The notes beneath the pieces were generated by a model. The model had not been told where the DNA came from. It made no database searches and was given only the letters and a program-made list of their open reading frames with translations. From Oikopleura dioica (taxonomy: Eukaryota > Animalia > Chordata), in assembly GCA_907165135.1 (NCBI GenBank), contig OU015566.1, forward strand, positions 9,858,001 to 9,922,000: a stretch of DNA of 64,000 bases, given 5' to 3'. Of this stretch, positions 51,117 through 62,400 are shown in pieces; the first letter of the stretch is position 1, and every line of letters begins with the position of its first letter. The translations under genes and the position numbers were made by a program.

Positions 51117-54100
51117 ATGGACGAGTACGTTGCAGAACTTATTCAAGAAATCAAACACTTGGACTTAGAGAATGAAGACATCAACAAAGTTGCCGAGGCT
51201 TTCGCCCATGTCGACAAAAAGTAAGTCCGAATAAGGAGACATAATTCTCGGAAAATCGGAGCTTTCGTCAGTTCCATCCGTGACTAAATTGAGTGAGCAC
51301 CTGCGCTGGAAATTCAAGCCGCTCTTTTCTACCTTTCAAAGCTTTTCTCCAATCCTAGTAGTTAAAATATCAAAACCGAAATTAAAAACTTAAATTGACT
51401 GACGATCAGGCTCTTGGGATTTGATTGAGCTTTAGAAAGGAAGCCGAACAAGGGGTTATTACTCAACTTGTAACGTTGTTAAATTTAAACTCCGGTAAAA
51501 TAAATACGGACAAGGTTGATTTATGATATGATCCGTCGCAGAGTTCCTGTCATAAAGCGCGCTTTATTTTGACGTTTTACTATTGTAAAATTACCATTTT
51601 TCACGAAAATGTTTTGTGACTTCTAACGCGCATAAAAAATGAGCCGAGAGAGCTCAAGATTGCATAAGATCGTTTCTGGCGCGAACCAGATTACAGCAAC
51701 TCAAAGACGGAATGTTCAAATATTCGAGACCTTTGAAAAACAGAGTTCTTTTTTGGGCTTCTATTTTTCCTTGGACTTTAGTTTTGCTTATTGAAACTCG
51801 TTGACCCTAACCTTAATCAAATACTGAAATTTTATTTTTTAAATCAAATGATTTTTTAATTAAAGTAAGAAAAAAGTCTAATTTTTCAATAATTATGGTT
51901 TCAAAAAAAATAATGATTTTTGTTAAATTTTTATATTTATTATTTTTTCAGAAAAGAACGATCTGTCGATATCGACTCTTTGGGCGAATTGTTAGATGAA
52001 GTCGGAAAACCACTTCCTGGATTCAAGATCCGGCAAATGCTTCCTACCCTTACCTTGAAGACATCTGGCCGCGTCAACGTTTTAGAGTTCGGCTCTATTT
52101 ACCATGACCAGGAACGGATTTCGAAACATGGCTACCCAACATGGCTGCGGCTTTCCCCTTCCTCGCTTGCTGAGATGTTCAAAGCGAGATCCATGTTAAT
52201 CCCGAGCGGGCTTAGACGACTTTCAAAAACTAAAATGTCGAATGGGGCCGTGCGTGTCGAGTGACACGGGAGGATTGTTATTCCATACAGTTGCCGGATC
52301 AGGGGGAATAAGCGAGTCAGAATCCCGCGTAGCAGCGTTAGAAGGTTGTCCGGATTCTGTCCGACATCTCGTTTTCAGTTAGAAGAACGTTTCTATTACT
52401 GTATCTTTCGAAATCCCAAAATGCAGGTGAAAAAGGATATTGCCAGCAGCTTCAGAAAAACCATCGACGCGGCGGAAGGAGTTGTTTCGAAAACTGGCGC
52501 TTCTTCTTGGTCAACGCATACTTATTCTTTGGAAGAACGGGAAGCCTTCGCTGACTGGATAAATACGAGACTCAAGGACGATCCTGACTGCAAGAATCTC
52601 TTGCCCATTACTGTTGACGATGAGAGTTTGTTCGAGAAAGTTTCTGATGGTATTTTGCTCTGCAAACTTATCAATCTTTCACAGCCGGAAACGATTGATG
52701 AGAGAGCAATCAATAAGACAAAACTCAGGAACTGGTGAAAAAAAAAATAAAAATAAGTTTTATCATCGAATTTAAAAACTAAAATAGAAAATAAGGCTTC
52801 TAGCATTTCTTCATCAAAATAAAGTGTTTACCGAAAACAAGAAAATCTCAACCTTGCCATCAACTCCGCCTCTGCCATTGGCTGCACCGTTGTCAATATT
52901 GGAGCTCAAGATCTTCTCGAATCCCGACAGCATTTGATCCTCGGTCTTTTATGGCAAATCATCAGAATGGGTCTTTTTGCCAACATCGATCTTGCTCTCA
53001 ATCCGAGTAAGCCATCTTTTCCTGTTTACAAGGAAATAAACCTGTTTTAGATCTGAAGGCCTTATTGATGGATGGAGAGGAGCTGGCGGACTTGGACAAA
53101 CTCGGACCGGAAAAGCTGCTCCTGCGATGGATGAACTATCACTTGGCGCGCGCTGGCTACTCTAAAACCGTTTCCAACTTCGGAAAGGACATCTCTGACT
53201 CTCACGCTTATCTCAACTTGCTCGCGCAGATTCAGCCTGGTGACTTGAGCCCTCCTCTATCTGCCTTCTGTGTGGTGCGTAAATATCGACTACATGTGTA
53301 TGATGCGTCTATCTACCCTAGAAAGCATCTAAAACTCCGTTTTCCAGTAGAAATTAGAGTTAACGATGCCCTATCATAAATTCGTTCGAAAAACTACTGT
53401 TAATCTGAATACACGAGCCAGCAGCGAGGTCACGTGTTAGTAAGACCGATTCCGGTTTAGCTAAAGCGGAAGTTTTTAAGCGCCAGTTCTCCCTTCTCTC
53501 TGTTTCGGGTTACTTTCAACATAATGACAACATACTTATACGCTAAAGGATCTACCCTTCAAAAAACAGTATTTTCAGAGCCAGAACGTGGTCTTTAGGA
53601 TTAGGGCCTTTCGTTCTTGGATTTTCACGCAAGTTTTCTTTGCAGATTATCCAGCGAAAACATAACTGTAATCTCTTTTCTTAATACTTTTTTAATTCTC
53701 CCAAGAATTCCAATTTGACAAGAGTCTAATTTGAATTCAATGAAAACAGTACACTTGTATTTTTCTGGGCTTAATACTCTCATTTCGTTAAGGGTGTCAA
53801 CAACATTATTCCCGGAGTAATGACGTGTTTTGAAAATACAAAAAAAGCATAAACTTTTCTCAATAATAACCCCAGTTTTCACGAGTTCTTCGAACAATTT
53901 ATCTTAATTTTAGGCCGGTGACGATCTTGCTCGAGCTGAAATGATGTTGAAAAATGCTGACAGATTGGGATGCCGCGCATTTGTCACTGCGCGCGATGTT
54001 GCGAATGGACATGAAAAGCTGAACATGGCATTCGTCGCGAACTTGTTCAATAATCATCCATCTCTCGAGCCGCCAGAGGAGGATGAGAATGATGAGGTCA

Positions 54101-55607
54101 TCGGTAAGTCGACTTCTGAAGAATCTTTCTCAAGATGAATTTTCTGATAATTTCGGAGCTACTAGAAGTGGCTCTTCTTTATTGAAACAGGCCAAGTTAA
54201 TAGAATCAGTGTTGCTTCGTGAAACCACTCGTTCTATTTACGATTCTTAGACGGGACAATAGTCCCACAGCTTCTCGCAACACAGCATTCAAAATACGAC
54301 TTTATCGAGTTCAAGAGCCCAGCCGCAAAAACCCCAGTTCCCCCTCCTGTCACAATAATTGGTACTCGCATGCTTATCGATGTGACAACTTTCTAAACCG
54401 TCTTCGTCGTGATTTGTTGTTTATTATTTTTTTACTTTTTCCCTAAAGAAAAAAAGAGAGAGTTTTTTCATGTCAACTTATCAAACATGGAAAATTGAAA
54501 GTCCAAAGTCGCGAATTTTCAAAAAAAAAAAGAAAATGCGACGCGTATCCTACGTCGGATCAGATGTGCTGAATGTCAATTGACTTCCTTTTCGTATAAT
54601 CTGATGTTCAGAGGAAACCTGCGACGAGCGCACTTATAGAAATTGGATGAACTCGTTGGGAGTCCAGCCCAGAGTCAACAGATTATATGGGTAAGTTATT
54701 CAGGCAAAATTGATGAGTCACAATAAATTTCTTTAAACAGTTAGTTTTTATAATATTTCATCAAATCTAGTGATAAAATTTATTGCATCTGACCAAAATT
54801 CTAGTGATCTGATTGACGGAAACGTCCTCCTTCAACTCGAAGACATCGTCAGACCCGGAATCGTCAACTGGGAACGAGTAAATCGCGCCCCCTTCCCGAG
54901 AATAGGCGCAATGATGAAGCGAATTGAAAACTGTAACTACGCAGTGGACATTGGGAAAGAACTTAAGTACTCACTCGTCGGAATCGCCGGAAACGATATC
55001 TACGACCAAAACCGAACTCTTACTTTGGCACTCGTCTGGCAAATTATGAGAGGGTGAGTTCATCTTGCCACTTTTATACAAAAAAAGTTCACAGTGCTCA
55101 CCGTTTGGGCTAGAATTACAGTTTTAATTTAGGTACACGACAAAAGTGCTAACAGATCTCGGTGGAAACACGCAAATCCGCGATGCGGAAATCGTCGATT
55201 GGGTGAATCAAACCCTCGCTTCTGGTGGCAAAACGTCGAAGATTTCCAGTTTTAAGGTATTCCCGTAAATTCTCTCGCTTTTTCTTATTTTGACTCTTTA
55301 GGACCCCTCGATCGCCAGTTCCCAGGCAATTCTAGACGTCATCGATGTCCTCGTGCCTCAATCCATCGACTACAGCGTTGTGCTCTCAGACCCGTCAGAT
55401 TACGAGGATAAACTCCAAAACGCCAAGTAAGCCCAACCTTGAAGCCACGCAAATCCATAATTGCCAATTTAAAGGTACGCCCTTGCAATGGGAAGGAAAA
55501 TCGGCGCTAGAATTTACGCAACGCCCGAGCACGTGGTCAATGTCGACATGAAAATGGTCCTGACGATTTTCGCCTGTCTCATGGGCCGCGGAATGGAGCG
55601 AACATGA
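51117..55607 (+). CDS. PLS: Plastin/fimbrin (two EF-hand-like motifs + four calponin-homology domains), 623 aa
   Basis: Exons 51117-51220, 51952-52111, 52427-52728, 52825-53006, 53051-53274, 53914-54103, 54612-54690, 54805-55053, 55133-55256, 55302-55426, 55475-55607 (1872 nt). Hallmark motifs [110 protein letters not shown] at 55663. Confidence 0.97.
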
Positions 55608-55800
55608 GGAAAAATGGGCTGTTTTGTAAATTCTTCTTTCAAATTTTTCTATATTTTCTGTAAATAAAACTTCAAATAAACGAATTTCGCTCTGGGACAA
55701 ACGAGTTGCGTTGTTTATTTTTGACGTGTTGTTAGTTTTCAAGAAAAAAAAGAAGGAAACTCTAATCATTTCAAAATTTCCCTCCTTAGCAACTGCACGA

Positions 55801-56017
55801 CGACATAGGCGGTCAATCTTCGAGGTAAGTTACGTAACCGGGCTAAATGTTAGTGTAAAGGGGGGTTCCAAGGGGGCGAAGCCCCCTGGATTAGGCCTTA
55901 CGGTTAGGAACTATGTACTTTTCTATCAGGGGGGTTCCGGGGGGCGAAGCCCCCGGGTTAGGGGTAGGTTTAGGGAGAAACAGTTTTCTATACCCCGAAG
56001 ATTGACCACATATGACC
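55801..56017. mobile_element. 217-bp MITE with 8-bp TSD (hAT- or P-like)
   Basis: CTGCACGA at 55793-55800 and 56018-56025. TIRs match at 22/27 positions (core GGTCAATCTTCG). Two internal GGGGGCGAAGCCCCC hairpin units. Confidence 0.75.
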
Positions 56018-56365
56018 CTGCACGAGCGTTTTGATAGAGCAGGTTTGGGTTCTAGGATGTGATAAGGGATTAAGCCTTGAGAATTATGCTTAGACGAACG
56101 GGGACTATACGGGGACTTAGTTTGATCTTGATATCACAAATTACTTGGACGAATACGCGGCGGCATCCCGCGGTGTCAGCTGCATTATCTGAAGGGCAAT
56201 CAAGATTTTTACTTCCACAGCAGACCGCCACGTTGCGCCCTCTTTCGGCAACCTTCAATATAAAATCGAGCCGGAAATATCCAAAGTCATCAAAAATACG
56301 AAAATGACAAAGATCCAAAGCAAGAAGTCGACCCCCAAAATCATGGCGGTTTCTCTTCCCCAACA

Positions 56366-56785
56366 ATGATCCCTCAGGCGACGAGTCCTCCTCAAAAGAT
56401 CCCGATCGAGATCCAGAAACGACTGCTGCAAGGCAACTTGAATCTTCTCACCGAGCAGATGGACCTCAATTTGAAAACTGCAATCAAGGAAGAGATCCGC
56501 CGCCACGCCAACAAAATCCTCTCAACCAAGAACAACCTCACCGTCAGAAAATGGGAGTTGATGATCGACATGCTGAGCATTCGCGTCAAAATGCTGCAGA
56601 AAACAACGAAGTCCTCAATCTCATCGCAGATGGAAGCTCTGACAACGAAGAAAACCACCAAAGGAAGCATTGCTAGAAAAATTACAATCGCGAACAAAAA
56701 CTTCTCCAAGCAACACGAAATCGTCAAGAACTGGTGCTACGAGCAAATTTCAGCTTTCCTGTCTGCGAACAACCTTTCCACCTGA
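56366..56785 (+). CDS. Hypothetical basic helical protein (139 aa from ATG; frame open ~34 codons further upstream)
   Basis: Uninterrupted protein-like ORF. No family recognised. Confidence 0.45.
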   Translation: MIPQATSPPQKIPIEIQKRLLQGNLNLLTEQMDLNLKTAIKEEIRRHANKILSTKNNLTVRKWELMIDMLSIRVKMLQKTTKSSISSQMEALTTKKTTKGSIARKITIANKNFSKQHEIVKNWCYEQISAFLSANNLST

Positions 56786-57176
56786 AATTCACTAAACAAT
56801 CAAAAATATTTCTTCTTTGAATGAGTGTTTTTTTTTTTGCAGTTTCAAGCAATTTCATCTAAACTTGGGAATGTCGGTTACTGAATTCGGCTTCTCTTTT
56901 AGCTTGAAGCTCGTCTAGTACTCTTGAAATTGTCGGAATAGGACTTGATCTTATTAATAAATGAGATTGGTACAACATTTTCAATCAAACCTGTGTTGTG
57001 GATCTGAGTCAATTGGCAAAGGAGACTTTGATGTCTGGGAAAGCATTGCCAAAAGCGCATGAATCGGTAGTTCCATCCGATCATCGACTTCAGAATCGAC
57101 CGGGGATGCGTAGTAGCTGTTCATCTCCATGTGTACTGCGGCCTGTGCGGTTGCACAAAAAGGGCTGAACATTATT

Positions 57177-58281
57177 TTAGAATAATATCAGATGGGGTCT
57201 AAGACGGGCACGCACCAACAAATCAGGGCGATAATGATATCGTAAATCACCGCAACGCAATCTTTCATTGTGGTTTACAAGATCTTGAACGTGGCTTTCA
57301 AGAGAAATGAGTCTTGTTAACACTTTCCTGTGTCCATTTCTTGCCTGAAATTTTGATCTTTTTCTAACCACTCGCAGCAAAAATGACCTGAAAAATACAA
57401 AAATTGAATCAAAAGCCTCTAAAAACCTAATTGTTCATTATAAGATCTCCTTAGAAGACATCGTTGCAAAAAATAACAGCAAAGTCCTGCTAAAACCATG
57501 TATCGAATCACCGGCGAAGGAAAATAGAGTTCTGAGACGAGCCAAAGAGCGACCAGGATGACAAGAGCAAAGCCGAGGCAAATGAAACGAAAGAATGGCA
57601 GTGAAAAGCGCAGTAATTTGCCCAGTTTATAGCTTGCAATCGGAAAGCAAAAGAGGTCTTTTTGAATTTCAAATATGAGCTTATGTTATCATCTATGTTT
57701 CCGCCTGTATCCAAGATACAGCATCTAACTGTAAAATTAAAATCCAGTTCCTAGCCAACACCAATAGCACCATCGATCATTGCATTCAAACAACCTAGTT
57801 CCCTCTACTTTTCTCGCAGTCGCCAATGCATTCGTGAGATTGAAATGAATTCCTCGGAAATAAAAGCTTCTTTGAACTTGGTCCTTTGATGGTGCCACTC
57901 GATTTTTTAGCGCTTTATGGCGATCTGCATGCCGTCTTCTTTGGCGATCTTCGAAGCGTTTTTCTAGCGCTGATTTTGCGTCGATCATACTTTTAGCGTC
58001 TTTTGGGGGTTACAGTTTATGCTCTCTAAAATCATTCTTGTCAGTCTAATAACAATTTAACCCGTAATTTTCCAGTGACGAGGATCTGGTTGGGTAGAAA
58101 TCACTGGTACTCTCAGAGTTTCCACAGTACACTCAGCGATCTTCTCCGCTTCTGAATCTTCATATTCAATTTTGGAAGTCTCTTTTTCCTCTATGATTTC
58201 TGTTTTATGACCGAAATTCTCGATGACAGTGATTCTATCTTCATTTTCCGATTCAGAATTCTGTTCTTGATCATTATTCAT
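57177..58281 (-). CDS. Probable multi-exon hypothetical gene
   Basis: Collinear protein-like ORFs 58281-58057, 57988-57737 and 57380-57177 with plausible splice sites. Joining the first two needs one extra C in a 5-base homopolymer. Confidence 0.35.
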
Positions 58282-58548
58282 TTCTTCATAATCGAAACGC
58301 GGCGAAACGAATTAAAACAGATACTCGCTGAAAAAATAGAAAGGTACTTTTTGTGCCTAGTGCTTTGCAGAATACCGTCTGGCATAAATAAAAAATCCCC
58401 CGTTCGAAAAAGAAGCGAGCAAGGACCTTGTTTAATAATTTCAGCGAAAAGGAACTTTGACGCTAGAATATTCTTATGTCCAAAAGACCACTGGTAAACT
58501 CTTGCAGGTAAAATTGAAAAGAGATTAATTCTTATCATTATTTTTCAG

Positions 58549-58736
58549 ATGAACGCGATCAACCTTACTGCAAGATCTGCCTTGAAACCTACAACTTCGA
58601 CGATCGCCAGGAATGCACTCTTCACTGTGGCCATCGCTCCTGCAAAAGATGCTTGAATGCTCTTCCTCAGAGGAACTGCCCTATCTGCCGAAACACTTTT
58701 ACAGCCGGCCAGATCATCAAGCTCTACGACAACTGA
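58549..58736 (+). CDS. Terminal exon encoding a C3HC4 RING finger (third RING locus; 5' exons unresolved)
   Basis: tttttcag|AT GAA...: DERDQPYCKICLETYNFDDRQECTLHCGHRSCKRCLNALPQRNCPICRNTFTAGQIIKLYDN*. Phase-1 acceptor as in paralogs A and B. Confidence 0.85.
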
Positions 58737-58984
58737 TTATTATCAGAAATAAATTGAAAATGAAAAAAGAAAACGAAAATATTTCATTTTCTTTCAATTA
58801 GAAATAAATGAATATTAATGATCTTTCTTTCTAATCAGGTTTAAGTAGCGATTTCATTCTTGCAATTTTCTAATAAAAGAAGAAATATTGAAAAAAGAGC
58901 CGATTTCTCACGTTCAAGTCTCGGCTTCGATTAGCGCCCTCCTCCGACGTGACTTTCAAAAATCACCAGTCTGATTACTCACCA

Positions 58985-59065
58985 AAAACGCGTAGCCGCC
59001 CGCGGCCGTTTCGAGCACTCTGATTGGCTGAGCGCGCGAAGTAGCGCGGGCGTTTTTGCGTCCCA
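58985..59065 (+). promoter_or_regulatory. GC-rich putative promoter with reverse CCAAT box upstream of the ankyrin gene
   Basis: CTGATTGGCTG (ATTGG 59023-59027) within a CpG-rich patch about 450 bp before the ATG. Confidence 0.35.
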
Positions 59066-59488
59066 ACGGAATTGAGCAAAAAGCGCCTCCCAGCGTACGC
59101 TCGCCAGCGAAAATCGAAACCCGACACTGAAAAATAAAGCGAAAATTTTTCGTTTTTCCTTTTTCGCCCAAAATCGCTCAAGTGGAAAACGAAAAATAAG
59201 AGATTCGGGGCAGATCGAGAGCCTCCTTAAAATGAGCATGAAATTTTGCGGATTCGAATCGAGAGAAATAAAATTAAAAAAAAATCTTCATTTATTTTCC
59301 CATTTAATATTTATCGAAAAAATATTAATTAATGAAATGACATTTTTACCTGATCATTTTATATTTTTTTGTCAACTTGCTAAAGACTTTTGTTTTTATT
59401 GAAAAAAGTGTTAAACAATTCATATTTTGCTACGATAACAATTTTTTTAAGTTTTGAGAAAAGGGTTGATACGGATTTTGATCGAAAG

Positions 59489-62400
59489 ATGTCGTCTGTT
59501 CTAGACGAGCTCGAAGCAGACTCTCCTACTCCACCACCACTCACAGAAAATGGTAAAAGTATTCTTTGCTTTTTATTTTTCAATAATAATTTGATTAGAG
59601 GAAAATGGCATGGAAGTAGAAGAATTAGTAAAGACAGAGAAGCCAAGCAATGGACAAGATGCGGTCCCAATCGAGTCAGTAACTCCGAGAAGCAACGGAG
59701 AAAAAGAAAATGTGTCAGACAAGGAAAACGCCTCCGAACCAGCATCTCAAGAAAACGAAGAAGCGAGCCAAGAAAGCCTAGAAAAACCAGAATTACCGAG
59801 CGCGAAAGAAAAGGGGAAACGACGACCTTCAGAAGGGACGAAAGCCACTGCCACGCCGCCCACCAAGCGGCCAAGAAGATCGGTCCCGGCAAAGAAAAAG
59901 GACGAAGAAGCGGAAAAGACCGAAACGCCGAAGAAGAACAAGCCGAAGCCAAAGACTCCCAGTCGAAAGAAGAAAGAGGAGGAGGAGGAAGAAGGTTCGT
60001 TCTATAAAAAAATTTTATTAATTTTATCGATGATTTTCAATAAGATTTTCTACAGGCTCTCTCTTTTATAATATGACTCTCTAGAAGTTTCACCGAGGAT
60101 TATTCGAAAGAGTGGTTTTACCCGATATGAATTCTAGAGAGAAAAGAGCGAAGGTTGTATCCATTGCTTCACAGAATGGGACATTCTTTGTAGAAAAAGA
60201 GATAAGAGATAAATGAAAATTCTTATATCTAAGCGCTGGGAAATTTATAATTCGGGAAAATTTAAACTATGTCTTCGAAGAGTAACAAGAGCAACAAGTA
60301 ATGATGAATTTTCAACAGTTTTTTTTCGAAAGCGAAACTAATTTATGACTTTAGATGTCCTCGAGTGTGAATATCTCAAGGGCGAAATTATCGCAGTCAG
60401 AGCTGAGGAGGGCAACTTTTACCTCGCCGAATGCATATCAAATATCACAGCCGAAGATCTCGAGCGCTCAGAGACTTTCAAGGTACAAATTCTCCCTATT
60501 TCCCCTATTTTAACTTTTCAATTTTAGGTTCAATGGTTTGATGTAACCGAAGACGAAGATGTGTTCCAACGAAGCTACAACGACGTCGTCGATCACCGGA
60601 CGATCATTTGCGAGCGGGTCAAGTTAAAAAAGAAAGCGGTGGAAGATGGCGACTCAAGCCCGAAATGAAGAAGGAAATAAAACGCAAGCTAGAAAAGTGC
60701 CTTGGAGGCAATCCTGTTACTTCTTCCGACGAGGACATGGCCGATGAAGATATGCCAGAAGTGCGGCTCTCCGGAGACAAACCGGTGAAAAAGTTCAACA
60801 AGAAGTCGACGAAAAAGACGGAAAAGAAGAAAGGATCTTTCGCTAGAACGCCCCTTGGAACGCCTAAGCCATACCTGGCGAAGATTCCCATGAGCGACAG
60901 TCCACGAGCAGGACTTACAATGGCTGCGGAAACTTCCCCTCCGAAGCCAAAATTAAAGTACACCCCTTTTTCTGAATTTTCCTTATTGCTTATTTCAGGA
61001 AATCTGAAACTCCGAAGCGAACTCCCAAAACCGGCAAAATTGTAAACCAGAAGAAAGTCTACGCCAGTGCTGGGGAAACTCGTCGCGGCCGCCCACCAAT
61101 TCATGAGACGGAGTACATCCCAAATAGCGCATCTCAAGATGATGCTGATGAAGGAGAGATTCAGTTCGGAGAGAATGATCCCACGCCGATCGGGTCTTTT
61201 TCAAAGACTGATATGGAGCCTGATTACGTCAAATTCGATAGCGCAGAGGACCCGGACAAGAATCTCAAGCCTAATTCAAGCATTCACTTGTTGGAACACG
61301 ACCCCGCATTTACTGCGTCTGGAAATCCATTCAACTTGCCCGATGAAGTTCTTGCCATCAAACCAATGCTTCAACGAGACTTCGATGCGTTCAACAAAAT
61401 GCTTGAAAACGCGCAAATTCAAGGCTTCCGAGGACCAGATTGCAAAAAAACTGTTCTTCATTTCGCCCTCGATTCCAACGACGAAGAATTCGTCAAGCCC
61501 CTCCTTGCTCAGCTGGTCAATTCGCCTAAGACGCGCTTTTTTTACGGTTGGATTCTTATAACTTTTGATAGAGCTAACCAAATCTGAAGTTTTTGGGATC
61601 AAAATGATTCTCTCGAAAAACTTTAATTTTCCAATGCATTAGATTTTGAAAATTAAGTACCAATTTTCCGGAAATGATTTCAGGTACTCCAAAATATTTT
61701 AAGATCGGGACGAAACTAGTACCAAAAAGATCGCCAGAAAATTTCATGAAGAATGATACCCAACTTGCTTCTTTTCGAACATGTCCTTACAAAATAGACG
61801 GTAATCGGATTTCAGTACTTTTGGGTATCTTGAGCTACTGATAAAATGCTCAAAAAGATAGATTATAGTCTGGTAATAGTATCAATCTTCATGAAATTTT
61901 CTGGCGATCTTTTTGGTACTAGTTTCACCCCGATCGAACAACATTTAGGGGTACCTAAAATCACTTCCGGAAAATTGGTACCTAATTTTCGAAATCTAAT
62001 GCACTGGAAAATTTTTATTTTTAGAGAGGAGCATTTTGAGCCCAAAAACTCCAGGTTTGGTTAACTCTATCAAAAGTTATAAAATCCAACCGTAAAAAAA
62101 GCGCGTCTAAGTCTGAGATAAAATCCGAGCTGATCGAAAAGTTCTACAACGAAAAGTCAAAGGATGAAATGAAAGGCAACAGAGGATTGAATAGACCGAT
62201 GGTCTGGGGAGTCGACTGGTCCGACAAAGAAGTCGCTGCTGAAATAGCTTCCTATGCCTGCAGCGTTGGATGCACCCCCGAAGTCCTCGAAATTCTCTGG
62301 TCAGGCTATCCTCTGATAAAAGAAACGAGTATGAAACAACTCCTTCTTGAGCGAGTCTACGTTGCGCTTGAAAATGGTCATATTGGAACAGCGAATTTCC

